A stretch of DNA of 63,746 nucleotides, the filler included, from Octopus bimaculoides (Eukaryota): the NCBI RefSeq assembly GCF_001194135.2. It is 5 parts of 5 records of this genome, joined end to end, with 100 filler letters (N's around TTAATTAATTAA, not from the genome) between each part and the next. Parts side by side here need not be neighbours in the genome. Positions count along the whole stretch, not along the records: positions 28,102 to 43,237 come from NC_068986.1; positions 43,338 to 51,896 come from NC_068991.1; 3 more parts are not named here. One strand, 5' to 3'. The notes below the pieces were generated by a model. That model was not told where the DNA came from, made no database searches, and worked only from the letters and a program-made list of their open reading frames with translations. Both the position numbers and the translations under genes were made by a program. Positions 37,562-51,043 of the stretch are shown one piece after another. Within the stretch, counting starts at the first letter, position 1; each line of letters opens with the position of its first letter.

Positions 37562-37762
37562 TCTACTAAAGGTACGAGGCCAGAAATTTGAGGGGAGGGG
37601 ACTAGTCGTTTACATCGAACCCAGTGTTTCACTGGTATTTAATGTATCGAAGCCGAAAGGATGACAGGTAAAGTCGACTTCAGCGGAATTTAAACTCAGA
37701 ACGTGAATGCAGACGAAATATCGCAACACATTTCGTCCGGCGTGCTAACGAATCTGCCAGTG
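37562..37762 (-). mobile_element. SINE family C, tail type 1
   Basis: Reverse-complement copy. Confidence 0.8.
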
Positions 37763-37774
37763 GTGGTAGTGGAG

Positions 37775-38102
37775 GAGACGCCCTTCGGGCATGACTGACC
37801 ATGGGATTGCACCTAGGAAGTTACCCTCCCAGGCAGAAGTCCGGGCAAGTTTGTTTTATGGAAGAGCAGCAGTCGTGCAGGCATACCAGCCTCCCCTCAT
37901 CACACCACTGATATTATCCAAGGGAAAGGCAAAGGGGTCGATACAACTTGGCACCTGTGACGTCGCAACTCATTCCTACAGCTGAGTTAACTGGAGCAAT
38001 ATGAAATAAAAAGAACACGACACGCAGCCCGGTCCGGGAATCGAACTCACAACCTCTCGATCGTAAGCTCGACGCTCTAACCACTGAGCCATGCGCCTTC
38101 AC
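37775..38102 (-). mobile_element. tRNA-derived SINE, family E (full length)
   Basis: Minus head GGCGCATGGCTCAGTGGTTAGAGCGTCGAGCTTACGATCGAGAGGTTGTGAGTTCGATTCCCG. Confidence 0.9.
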
Positions 38103-39029
38103 ATGTTGTAGTAAACATGTTGATATAATAGTGCCAGTTGTAGTGGTTGTAGTGGTGATAAATTTGGTGCGTATAGTGACACTATTTGCTATAAAAACGC
38201 TGGTGACTGCAGTGGTAACACTAGTTATGGTAGTAATAATTATGTTGGTACCAGCTGCCATGGTGGTAGTTGCGTTTATCTTGGTGATTCAGACAGGGAT
38301 GGCCTCCGTGGGAATGACGCTGATGAGAGACTTTGTGCCGACTCTTTCTGATGTGAATGGTGGACGTAGTCACATAACAGTTATGGTGATGCAGTCTTGC
38401 CAGTTGTTTTGCTCCTGGGTGTTATAGTAGTTTCGCTTTCTGCTACGCTTAGTGCTGATTAATTACCCTGTCTCTGCTACTATACCTAGCCAAGTCTACA
38501 CTCCTTACTTTTCACAGCAAATTTTACGATTTCCAGGGATATTTGATGCCTATATTTAGCAAATAATATATTACGCAAACTCTCCGGATCCCTCGGCCAA
38601 AATCGTACATCTAATAGGTTTTAAGAACATTATCTTATATATATATATATATATATATATATACAAACTTATATATATGTATATATCCATATATTTATGT
38701 ATACATATATATATATCTATAGATATATTCATCTATCTGTTTATAAACATATATATATATGCATGTATATACATATATACATAAATATATATGTATAAAA
38801 TTATTGTCATTATTTATGTTGTTCTTGTGGTTGATGTTGTTATTGATGTTGTTACTTCTGTGTGTGGTGTTGGTAGTGTTATTACTATGATTTGTTCAAT
38901 TGATGCCAGTTATAAATAGCGTTCTCGGAGTTTACAATGAACGCTATTTGTGTGTAGCTTTCACGGTGATGGCAGTTTGGCTTTGATCATTGCAGTTCCA
39001 TTACGCGCCCGATATTTTACATTTAACAA

Positions 39030-39140
39030 GGCCAGAAGGATGAAAGCGAAAAATCAATCTCCGCGGAATTTGAACTCACAACTTGAAGGGAAGTAACAAA
39101 CACTGCACGGCATTAGGTCTGATGCTCTACTGATTCCATC
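39030..39140 (-). mobile_element. SINE family C (degenerate)
   Basis: GGATGAAAGCG..GCGGAATTTGAACTC. Confidence 0.6.
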
Positions 39141-39433
39141 ACTCCACTGTACTGATTTGTGCTTACATATTGAAAGTTAAAAATACTATTAAATCTTGGC
39201 AAACATCAATTGCGAATACTGGTTAATTTAGCGTTAAGACTATCGAAGAACGTATCAGCTCCTGGATAGAATTACAGATTATTGAACGGAATATTCCCGG
39301 GCGTTTTGCTAGCTATTTTTGCTACCTAATTGACTGTACATGCAACGACTCACCTAGAACGGTCTTATTTTCAATATTCTATTTAATCTACTAAACCAGT
39401 TCGTTCGCATGTGTATATATATCATCATATATG

Positions 39434-39491
<58 letters not shown>

Positions 39492-42211
39492 NNNNNNNNN
39501 NNNNNNNNNNNNNNNNNNNNNNNNNNNNNNNNNNNNNNNNNNNNNNNNNNNNNNNNNNNNNNNNNNNNNNNNNNNNNNNNNNNNNNNNNNNNNNNNNNNN
39601 NNNNNNNNNNNNNNNNNNNNNNNNNNNNNNNNNNNNNNNNNNNNNNNNNNNNNNNNNNNNNNNNNNNNNNNNNNNNNNNNNNNNNNNNNNNNNNNNNNNN
39701 NNNNNNNNNNNNNNNNNNNNNNNNNNNNNNNNNNNNNNNNNNATGTGTATATATATCATCATATATGTATGTATATATATATATATATATATATATAAAC
39801 AGAAAATCACTGAAATAAAACTACATATATGCAGGAGCATCTGTCGATTCTTGGAGCTCGAATGAACGAAAACTGGATTTTCACACACATGCAGGCTTAA
39901 GGAAAAACAAAACCAAACCTTATGTAAAATATATTATACTCCCCACTCATGCACATACATACTATAGGGTATGCGTAAGAACAAATGATATATAACACAA
40001 TAAGCGTATAATCATATAGGAAATACAGCTGTTAATGTTGCAGTGCGGCTCACTTGACGTCGCATAAGGTTAATTTACTGCAACGTCACATTAGTGGAAT
40101 TGTTGTTTTTAGTTAGAATCACTTCAGTTTTCATTATACTTAATATTAGGTTTGTGTTGTGGGTCAATACAGTGTGTTGCAGAAATATATTGGCGAACGT
40201 TAATATCCATATCTGTCTTGTTGAAATCAATCAGCCCACAGATTAACATTTGGCGTCCTTTTTCCAAATTCCAGTCGCAAGGTGTTCATATTCAACCAAA
40301 TTTTATAATGTTGTTGTTGTTATTGTTCGAAGGTGACAAATGTTTCTTATCCTTGTCTCTGGTACCCTCGAGGCTGGTTAGAATAACATAGCTGATATTA
40401 ACTCTTGAACAAGTCTGTATTCAGCAAAGAATTATCTGACAATGAAAAACTTTCAGAAGGTGACACTGTGGGGTAGCAGGACTGTTTAAATAGTTATCTT
40501 GACGTGTGAGAAGGTAAGATACTCTATCATGTGAGGAGGTGACACGAATATGTCTGGTTTCATGTTGTCCGAAAAAGCCTTAAGCATTGTAAGTCAGGAA
40601 CCATTGCATCTGCGTGATTTGACCAAGCGACTGTGAGGCAGAGGTTTAAGTGTAGTAGTAAGTGACCCTTTTGCACAGACTCGGGTAGCTAGTCTCTGTG
40701 TATGTGAGAGGGGCGGGATTGGGGTTGGGTAAAAATCAAATGATGGGATTGCGAACTTGAAGGCGTCTATGGCATGTATGGCATACTATACTGTATGTAA
40801 TTCATTTCGTTGATTTTGGCTTTTTTATTAAACGATTTATTTCTATGAATGTGAATTTTCGGTTTTATCCTTAGTGTATGAAGCTCTGAATCTGGTAGAG
40901 ACTTAGGTACAGAAAAGCTTAATTTTATGTATTACTGGCACAGTTAGTCTTTGTAGAGGCGTATTTTTCTCTGCCATTTTGTCAGGTTAAACAAGACAAC
41001 AATTGTTCGGATGTTCCGTTATTCTAGAGCTGTGTAGGATCCCTTGTGTTGCATCCATCATGTATCCATATGTAAAATGCTTAAATGGTTGCATCTTGTT
41101 AGCAGAAAATTATTTACTCAAGCTCATTGATGTGTCACATGAGCACACATCAACATTTGCTGCTTCATAAATAATGCTATTAACCTATCATTTATTATGG
41201 CATACGATCCTTCGCAGGAAATCTCGATGTGGTCAGTTGAATTATCAGAAATGACGACTAATCATTTTAAAACCTACATAACATCTTTTAGAAAAAAATA
41301 AAAAAATAAAAAATAAAAAAACATAGCAGAGTGTAATCTTAGACATAGAGCAGAATAGAATAGGGGAAGAATATAACAAGAATAGCTTTAAACATAGGTC
41401 TACTCGACCGAACGGCAGCATTTTCCGGAGTTTTACAAAATTGGATTATTAATAGCAAGGGAAATATGGTGGAACAGTCACGTTAGGAAAGTCTTTTATC
41501 ATAGATCTGCTCGATTAGGGGTCTAAATAACAAGTCTATACAACGTGATATTCCAGTGAAGTCTCCACTAGTTTTAAATCACAGCATTCTTGCGTTCGTT
41601 GCCATAATGACGATCGATAATATCTCGTATTGATGGGTGCTGTTCAGTTTAGACTCAATAACGTACGGGTATTTATATGAATGTCTCGAATGTCATCTAA
41701 CGTCCAATCAAATAGTCGAAATATTGGAAGCAGTTATGCCACAGCAAACACATTCTGGACTATTGATTTTTTTGTGTAGGCTGAGATATCCGAGGAAAAT
41801 ATTTTGTAAATTCTGATCTAATATTTTCCACTAAGATACATTACTAGCTACCAGCTTTAACGCAGGATATATTTTCAGCCACCCCTGGGTACGTGTGTAA
41901 CATTCGATACTAGATATTAGAAAACTACTGGCATACTTGTTAGAGAGATTCGGCCATATTGATTTGTTGCTGCGTCTCTCAGGTCACAAGCAGGTAGTAT
42001 AACATAAATAATGTGTATATGTGTGTGTGTATACATGTGTGTGTATGCTTCTATATATATATATATATATGTGTGTGTGTGAGAGAGAGAGAGAGAGAGT
42101 ATGTATGTGTATGTATGTATGTATATGTGTATATATGCACACAAACACACGCATATATAAACACATATACAAACACACAAATACAAGTGTTGCGTTTGTG
42201 TTCGTATGTAT

Positions 42212-42292
<81 letters not shown>

Positions 42293-42664
42293 TGTATGTG
42301 TGTGTGTGTGTGTTAACAGCCATGTGTATGCATATTTGTGTAATAAGACTGCGTGTTCAGCTGTGTATGCGTGTTTGTTCATTATAATACTTTCGAAGTA
42401 ATTTAGCGAACAGATTAGAGAGTACGGAATAAGATGCGTAGACAAAATATATGTTTCCAAATATGATGTTTATATGAGATTATTGGTTCTTTGTTTGTTT
42501 CCATACTTGGTAAGGATAATCAACAGAGTTTTACCACTATCGATAAAAACTTCCCGCCAAAATATCTTTTATCCTTTTGCTTTCACAGTGGTTATAAAAC
42601 ATCATGTCATACTAAACTATCTCCTCATACATAGATAAATGCTTATATATTCATAAATTTAAGT

Positions 42665-42860
42665 CGTGAGCTGGCGGCACGTTAAGGCGATTGGTAAAAT
42701 GCTTAACATTTCGTCCGCATTTGCGTTCTGCGTTCAAATTCTACTGAGATTGACTTTGCTTTTCATCCTTTCGAGGACCCTAAAATAATTACCAATTGAT
42801 CACTTGTGTCGATGTAATCGATTTAGTCACTTCTTCGAAATTGCTGGCTTTGTGCCAGAA
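42665..42860 (+). mobile_element. SINE family C (degenerate)
   Basis: GAGCTGGC..GTTCAAATTC..GACTTTGCTTTTCATCCTTTCG. Confidence 0.7.
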
Positions 42861-43237
42861 TTTTCAATAAATATATTTATATTGTAAGCATTTCAATTTA
42901 CTACATTGTTTGAAACTCTTCCCTTTTAAAAGAACTGGGTCTGAGGAACATAAACATTGACACCACAGAAGTTTCTCAAACAAAAGTGATAAGAATTATA
43001 AGCAAATCTAGAAAATCATGAACTAGTTTGCATGTTTCGGTTATCGAGAGGTCTTTGAAAGTAGGTTTTGAAGAATAATCGGTTTCTTTCAATAAAAGGA
43101 GGCTTTAACATTTGAGATTGCTGATAAGTGTAGTTGGAGGAATGTTTTCGTTGGAGTATACGCTTAAATCACACTGAAATAGACAGACACATGCACACAA
43201 ATACAACCCCACTCCGCACACACACACACACACACAC

Positions 43238-43337
43238 NNNNNNNNNNNNNNNNNNNNNNNNNNNNNNNNNNNNNNNNNNNNTTAATTAATTAANNNNNNN
43301 NNNNNNNNNNNNNNNNNNNNNNNNNNNNNNNNNNNNN
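43238..43337. other. Artificial scaffold spacer N44-TTAATTAATTAA-N44
   Basis: Identical 100-bp spacer. Confidence 0.95.
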
Positions 43338-43740
43338 AACGACAACGAAACAGTATATAGTTTTTTGTTAAATAATTTCATTGCACTCTTGCAATCTCTT
43401 CAGTAACTTATCTCTCCACTTCCATTTATTTTGAATGTATGATTTGGCATTGTTTTGAAACTGTTCGGTATGAGCATGTGAGTGTGTGCAAGCTCGTATG
43501 TGTGCACGCTCGTATGTGTGCACGCACTTATGTGTTATATTTATGTGTTTCTTTTGTTATATTTATTCAAACCCTAAAGAATCCCTCTCAACACATGGCT
43601 ATGACACTCCCCACCACCACTCCTGCTCATCATCAGAGATGTACATATCGTCAGCCACTAAGGAACATGCTCAAGCAGTTAAGGTTAAGCAACAGACAAG
43701 CAAACCTGTGGTTTTGAGCAGAATATTTGCTATAACAATA

Positions 43741-44090
43741 CAAGGTGTCCCAAAAGTCACTGATGGGTTTCAATTTTTAATAACTTCCTTAACTTTACAA
43801 ATAAATGCATGAAATTTTGATACAATATAAAGGACATAATGGAAATTAATATGCATAAGACAAATTTTGCCACACTGCTACATTATATATGAAAAATGAC
43901 ATCGCTTAAATGGCAGCCATTTTTGTCTTCACCCACCCGTGCTCTTTCCAGAACTTGCACCATAACATCCTCAAGAGTTTCAGACCCCACTTCTCTGATT
44001 TCTCTATTGATGTTCTCCTTCAGTTGCACTAGGGCCTCTGCTCTGTTGACATAAACCCTCTCTTTCAAGTAACCCACAAGAAAAAAATCC
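43741..44090 (-). mobile_element. Tc1/mariner-superfamily transposon 3' end with TIR
   Basis: PDFFL.GYLKERVYVNR..QLKENINREIR..NGCHLSDVIFH*. Terminus TA|CAAGGTGTCCCAAAAGT at 43739. Confidence 0.8.
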
Positions 44091-44349
44091 GGGATAGATT
44101 TTTTAACATTTTTGCTAAGATATTTTTGTTGATACTTTTATTTTAATTAATGTTTAAAATAATGAAGAATTAACATTTTGCTGGAAGGTTTTTCTTAATT
44201 TAGATAATTCTGAAACATGAATATTTTTTTTATCAGAGGCCCAGGAGCCATCTCAATCAGATTGGCATCAGAATGGGGTTTTCTATTAATTCTAACATTG
44301 AAGACAGTGTGAATTGTCTCTTGCTTAACTGGTCCAGAAAGAGGGGGAG

Positions 44350-44418
<69 letters not shown>

Positions 44419-45156
44419 GGGAAGTCAACCCCAATGTTATCAATTTTAAAGGAATGGCAAATAAAGTTGACCATGGCAGGATTTGAACCCAGGGCACAGA
44501 GAGCTGGGACAGATACTGCGAGGCATTCATTTCTACGTGCTTATGACCCCGCCTAATTGCCATCTAATTGATGATGATGATGATGATGATGATGATGACG
44601 ACAACAATGATATCGATGAAGATGAAGATGATGATGATGATGATGATGACAACAATGATATCGATGAAGATGAAGATGATGATGACGATGAAGATGACAC
44701 CACCATGTTCCCTCGTTTAACATCAATGATAAAACATCTATTTCTATGCTGAATAGTTATTATCATCTTGTAGTTATTTATTCCTGTTCACTGCACTGTG
44801 AGTTCAAATCCTGCAGAAGTCTGACTTTGTTTTAGCCTTCTGAGAAAGATAGATAAATAAAATGATAGTTTATTTAAAAGGAATGGGATTGACAGGAATT
44901 GACGGAATTGCTTGTGTGTTCAATGAAAGACTTTCTGGTATCTCTTCTAACTCTTTACATTCTTGAGTTCAAATTCTTCCCGGATCCTGTTAATGAGCAG
45001 AGATAATAATTACTTATCCACAGGACCACAATTCATCATCATCATCATCATTTAACGTCCGCCTTCCATGCTCTTGGAAAAGCTGTAGTGGGTGTAGAGG
45101 GATTGTGGTCATCTGCTACCACAGTCAAATGCTGCTGCTGCTGCTGCTGCAGCTGA

Positions 45157-45190
<34 letters not shown>

Positions 45191-46974
45191 GGTGGTGGTG
45201 GTGGTGGTGGTAGTGGTGGTGATGATGATGATGATGATGAAAGTAGTGGTGGTGATAACGATGATAATGGTGGGGGGGCAGTGGTGGTGACGGTGGNNNN
45301 NNNNNNNNNNNNNNNNNNNNNNNNNNNNNNNNNNNNNNNNNNNNNNNNNNNNNNNNNNNNNNNNNNNNNNNNNNNNNNNNNNGGTGGCAGTGGTAGCGGT
45401 GGTGGTGGTGGTGGCGGTGGTGGTAGTGGTGGTGGTGTAATTTTCATCACTTGAAATCAAATACACAGTACACTTGTGATAATTCACTACTCTTTTCTCT
45501 TTTATAAGTTATTGATTTTCAATTGACTCAGCATAAAATTGATTTTCTTTTGATTAGTAAGTCACAGAGCCAATTTTTGAAGGAGACACGAGGAAGAAAG
45601 ACATGCTGACTAAATTTACCTCAATAAGCTGAGACTGGACCATGTGACTCACGGTATCTTGTCAAACTGTCCAACTCGGGCCAGCATGGAAAATGGACAT
45701 TCATTGATGATGATGATGATTAAGATGATGATGACGATTAGGATAATGATGATGATGATGATATTACTGGTACTAATCAACCCCCACCCAGAGGAATAAA
45801 TGATAAAGGAAGCTCAAACTGGAATTTGAGCTCATGAAGTAGATCGGTGACCATGCAAGCTATGGCCGAACAGCTAAATCCAGTTTTCAGCCTCATTTCA
45901 TTCATGTTTTTTCTTCCTTATGATAAGTACTGCGATTTTGTCCTATCACTATCACTAGTTCCAATCACTATTTTGTTGTGGTAGGAAAAATTGCAGTATT
46001 TATCATAAAGAACGAAAAACATGCTTTGAAAGAATTTGTCGTGAGAAAGATGACAGGAAAAATGTTCTTATCTAATTTCTCAAAATTACTCTAAAAAAAG
46101 GTGCAGAAAAGCATGACATAAAGTTATGAAGGATGAACAATGCAAAATAACATTGTTAGAATGAGTGACAAGGTCCGATGCGACAAACCAAGGGTCACTG
46201 AATAATTTCCCCAAAATTAGGGTTTTTGTAACTGCCTTAAACCCGATTCTAAGAACCTTTCTTCATGGAAAAGAAACTTTCCATGAAGATTAGAATCGAC
46301 GTATGGACAGCAAAATTGACCAATGGAAAAGCGTATGACATTTATAAACAAAAGACAGCTGACACGGCTATGACATCATGCTATTGCCAAAGTCTTAACC
46401 ATTACACCCTCTACAAAATCGACCCACAAGCCTGGGGCTAATGTAGAAGACGTTTGCCCAAAGTGCCCTGCAGTGGGACTGAACCCAAAAACCATGTGGT
46501 TGGCAAGCAAATTTCTTCACCACACACCCACACTTGCACCTAGCACAGTCACATCTGAGCCTATAACTGCTTTTCTAAATATTTAGGCACAAAACAACCA
46601 ATTTGTGGGAGAGAAGTTAGTAAATTACATCAACCTCAGAACTAGACAGGTACTTATTTCATTGGCCTTGGAGGGATAAGCAAAGTTAACCTTGGTGGGA
46701 TTTGAACTTAGAATGTTAAGTGCCAAAATAAATACCATAAAACAAAACAACTTATTCTATCATCTGCCATAGATTATATTACCTACTACCGATTCTACCA
46801 TCAGCCACTAATCTACCATTGAAACTACTTTCTACCTCTGATGAATTTACCATTTAGTACTGATTCCACTATAGAGAATATATGTTGATTAAGTAGCTGT
46901 GGAAACAAAAATACATAGTCGTTACATTTATAACATGTATAAGTCTATTTCTACCTTTTTGCACCTGAAAACCT

Positions 46975-47200
46975 GCAAGGTAAGCCTGAAAAGATGGGAG
47001 TCAGAAGCACTGAATAGAGCCTATTTATGAAGCTCTTGTTACGAAGCCCTCTCTGACTTTGAGGCAACTAGGGTCAATATCCCGAAGGAAAAAGGAGTTC
47101 AGTGTAGACAGTGTCCAAATAACAGGGACCACTACTGCAACATCTGTAAATGGAGCTGCTAATCTTGGAGAAACCTGAATTCACACACGAGACAACATGA
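46975..47200 (+). mobile_element. RTE-like LINE C-terminal remnant
   Basis: LKRWESEALNR..EALSDFEATR..HYCNICKWSC*SWRNLNSHTRQH (cf. WE.LA.DR..WR..FE..R..C..C.R.C.SRIGL.SH.R.H). Confidence 0.6.
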
Positions 47201-47632
47201 CATAACATTGAACTAAGAACACTGTGCAGCTGTGTCCAGTCAAACCCTCATTTGTCAAAGTGACAAAAAAGTCCAATAAAATAATGTGTACTTCTACAGT
47301 TTTGCACCTGTAAGTTATGGATCTGTTCATTCAAATACTGGCAGGCAAATTATTCTATGTAATATAAATCAGTGTCAGGTAATACCTAACTATATTAACA
47401 GCTAATTTCACTTTATTTAATTTATAAACACCAGTCCATACATTCAGTGTGAAAGAGTGTTAATGTAGATTTAAATTAGTTGGTATGAAGATATTTATGA
47501 GAGTAAAATTTAATTTATGGATATTAATGCTTGCTCCTTTTGAATACCAAAAAGAATGAATAATTTCACTTTGTGTGATATTCACAAATGAAGTAAGCAT
47601 ATTTTGTCATGTGTGTGTGTGTGTGTGTGTGT

Positions 47633-47677
<45 letters not shown>

Positions 47678-47795
47678 TGGCAGATACATTCAGCTAGACA
47701 CGTCATATATTTATATCATACTATAATAGCTAAATGCAAAGTTCCTCCTGTAATAATGATTCTGATGCACTGAACAAAGAATGATATAATATAGT

Positions 47796-47833
<38 letters not shown>

Positions 47834-47873
47834 GCGCGCACTTACATATCATATATACACGTATATGTTATAT

Positions 47874-48030
47874 GGAGGCATGTGGCTTAGTGGCTAGTTT
47901 GATACACTCATAATTGTAAGCCTGTGGTCTTGATTCCTGGACTGGTGCTCTATCCAGTGGGAGAATATATATGTCACAGAATCTGGGAAAACCAGCTCTG
48001 TGAGCCTATGGCTCAGGAAGGGACTTTGAT
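47874..48030 (+). mobile_element. Degenerate tRNA-derived SINE
   Basis: GGAGGCATGTGGCTTAGTGG..TGATTCCTGG, similar to the head at 6484. Confidence 0.6.
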
Positions 48031-49519
48031 CCTTTGTTGATGCATGTATGGGTGTGTGCGTATATATATACATAGACAAACACGCATAGATATTGGAAAT
48101 CCAAACCTTCCTATTACGGTTAGACAATCTCACCCACTTAGCACCCACACACATAACACTCAATCTAAGAATACTAATACTAAACCTTCCATGCATGTAT
48201 GTATGTATAATTATATCTATGATATCTAATATATATAATGCCATATTCATCCCAGTTCTTTATGTTCTGTCTTTCAACCCTCTGCTGTTGATAAAATCAT
48301 AAAATACTAACCAAGTACTGAGGATGAGTGAATCAACTAACCCCTGTCACAAGACTTGTAGCCCTGCTAGAAATCATTATTATGAATGGAGTTATTTAAT
48401 GTTCTGGCATGCTTCTTTTTTTTTTACTTTTGTGTGTGTTTTATTTGGTATCAGGACAATTGGAGTTTTTGTCAAGAAAGAAGCCTAATTACTTACGAGT
48501 GGTACTATAAGCTGACTTATATATTTCTCTAATCATAGAATCTGTTAGTGTTTTGTAATTTCTGTATCATTAGCTTTGTGAAGTCACAATAGTGCTAGTG
48601 TTTTGTGTTGGTCTCCTGCCACTCCACCTAAGACCACCACCACCACCACCACCACCACCACCNNNNNNNNNNNNNNNNNNNNNNNNNNNNNNNNNNNNNN
48701 NNNNNNNNNNNNNNNNNNNNNNNNNNNNNNNNNNNNNNNNNNNNNNNNNNNNNNNNNNNNNNNNNNNNNNNNNNNNNNNNNNNNNNNNNNNNNNNNNNNN
48801 NNNNNNNNNNNNNNNNNNNNNNNNNNNNNNNNNNNNNNNNNNNNNNNNNNNNNNNNNNNNNNNNNNNNNNNNNNNNNNNNNNNNNNNNNNNNNNNNNNNN
48901 NNNNNNNNNNNNNNNNNNNNNNNNNNNNNNNNNNNNNNNNNNNNNNNNNNNNNNNNNNNNNNNNNNNNNNNNNNNNNNNNNNNNNNNNNNNNNNNNNNNN
49001 NNNNNNNNNNNNNNNNNNNNNNNNNNNNNNNNNNNNNNNNNNNNNNNNNNNNNNNNNNNNNNNNNNNNNNNNNNNNNNNNNNNNNNNNNNNNNNNNNNNN
49101 NNNNNNNNNNNNNNNNNNNNNNNNNNNNNNNNNNNNNNNNNNNNNNNNNNNNNNNNNNNNNNNNNNNNNNNNNNNNNNNNNNNNNNNNNNNNNNNNNNNN
49201 NNNNNNNNNNNNNNNNNNNNNNNNNNNNNNNNNNNNNNNNNNNNNNNNNNNNNNNNNNNNNNNNNNNNNNNNNNNNNNNNNNNNNNNNNNNNNNNNNNNN
49301 NNNNNNNNNNNNNNNNNNNNNNNNNNNNNNNNNNNNNNNNNNNNNNNNNNNNNNNNNNNNNNNNNNNNNNNNNNNNNNNNNNNNNNNNNNNNNNNNNNNN
49401 NNNNNNNNNNNNNNNNNNACACACACACATGTACACACACACACGCACATGCAGGCACACACACATGCAGGCACACACACACATGTACACACACACACAC
49501 ACACACACACACATGCACA

Positions 49520-50334
49520 GGCATCACAATTCCTTTCACGTTGATGGAACAAATCCATATTGTCTTGACATTGGACATCACTTGATGAATGTTTTTTGGG
49601 GGTGTGGTGACATTGAATGTTTCTGTTAACTTGCTTGCTGCTTCGTTTCCAGGTCATAGCCGTAGCACCAGTTTTCATCACCAGAGATGACCTCCCAAAA
49701 AAGGAATGGATCAACTTTCAACTGTTCTTTCAGTTCATGACACACATTCAGTCCTGACTGCTTTTGATCTTCAGTGAATAAGTGAGGCACAAATTTTGAT
49801 GTAACTCTTTTCATTCACAATTCCCCTCTCAAAATTCGTTAGCAGGAGCTCCAGGAAACGCCAGTCATATTAACAAGTTCATCAATCATTTGGTCCTCGA
49901 AGATCAGTTCCCAAATTTTCCTGATGTTTCTATTCATTCAGGGTGTCAACAGTCAGCCTGAATGAGGTTGGTCTTCAAGCAACAAGTGACCATTCCTAAA
50001 GTATGGAAGCCACTCATAAACTTGTGTTTTGCTCATCACAGCATCCTTGTAAGCTGTTTGAAGCATGATAACTGTTTTGGCTGTTGTTTTTCCCAGCAGA
50101 AAATAGAATTTCACGGAATCACACCTTGTTTCAGCCATTGCAAAAATTAGTGAACAGAGAGAAGCCCTGCTATTCAATGATGCACCACGTGGCAGTACGA
50201 CCCCAGTCGACACTGCCAGTTGGCAGACTCATGCTTGAGGGTCACATCAAGTGGCTTCTAATGGCAGAAGCCTGAACTACCATGGGTTTGTCCTACAGAG
50301 AACGTTTCTGGTTACCTTTGGGTACCTCCTTGTA
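49520..50334 (-). mobile_element. Mariner element, 5' half with TIR (pseudogene)
   Basis: VKFYFLLGKT..MLQTAY.D..MSKTQVYEW..EDQPHSG, SKFVPHLFTEDQK, VISGDENWCYGYDLETKQQ, KTIWIC..VKGIV. TIR TA|CAAGGAGGTACCCAAAGG at the right end. Confidence 0.9.
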
Positions 50335-50364
50335 TATGTATGTTTGTAGGTGTACACGCCACAG

Positions 50365-50520
50365 GCTTCTACATAGTCTCTGTCTACCAAATTTACTCAT
50401 AAGGTATTGGTCAGCCAGGGTTTCAATATAAAATACTTATCCAATTGCTGCACAATGGGACTGAACCCAAAACCATTTGGTTGCAAAACAAGACTCTTAA
50501 TCACACAGTCATTCTTGCGC
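50365..50520 (-). mobile_element. SINE family A (degenerate)
   Basis: GGGACTGAACCC..TTAATCACACAG. Confidence 0.65.
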
Positions 50521-51043
50521 CTAGTCAGTGAGTGTCATTTTCTGATTGTCACAAGCATTCCACTTGTAACAATGAGTGTTCTATTTTTTGTTTCAGCCCT
50601 TGTACGTCTAGGATTATATTATTCAGCATATCCTGTTTTTCCTTCATTCCTTTTTTTCATGCCAATAAGGTGAAATTTGAGAAAGATTTAGCTACTATTT
50701 CTTATAAAGCAGGGGCTATGTAGATACTATCTTATTGACTTTAAATTTCAGCTGGAGTGTGCTGGCATATATATTTGTTCTCCTATCTTTTAAATTTCTG
50801 CAGTAAGAACAAAAAAAAGTGATAAGATACCACACAATTCTGAACTTAGAATAACAAGGTTAAGCAAATATTAGGCTTATATACTGTCTTTGTAACATGC
50901 CCCAATTGTCTGTGATCCAAAGTTGAAGTGAGAATTTAGGCAGTTCTTTTTTGCTTAAGGTGGACTCATTTACATATTGATATAAATATGCATGTGCACA
51001 CGCATCACACACACACACACACACACACACATACATACATATA

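Noticed and set aside
41340-41800. Possible L2/CR1 3' remnant on the minus strand
   Set aside because: Only one short motif-like stretch (K.PENA..SS.PMFKAIL), which is not enough to call.
44570-44700. Acidic poly-Asp ORF with a 48-bp tandem duplication
   Set aside because: (GAT)n microsatellite slippage next to SINE remnants; no splice or homology support.
47300-47309. 10-nt micro-exon-like CTACAG|TTTTGCACCT|GTAAGT
   Set aside because: Chance-level evidence and a frame-shifting length.
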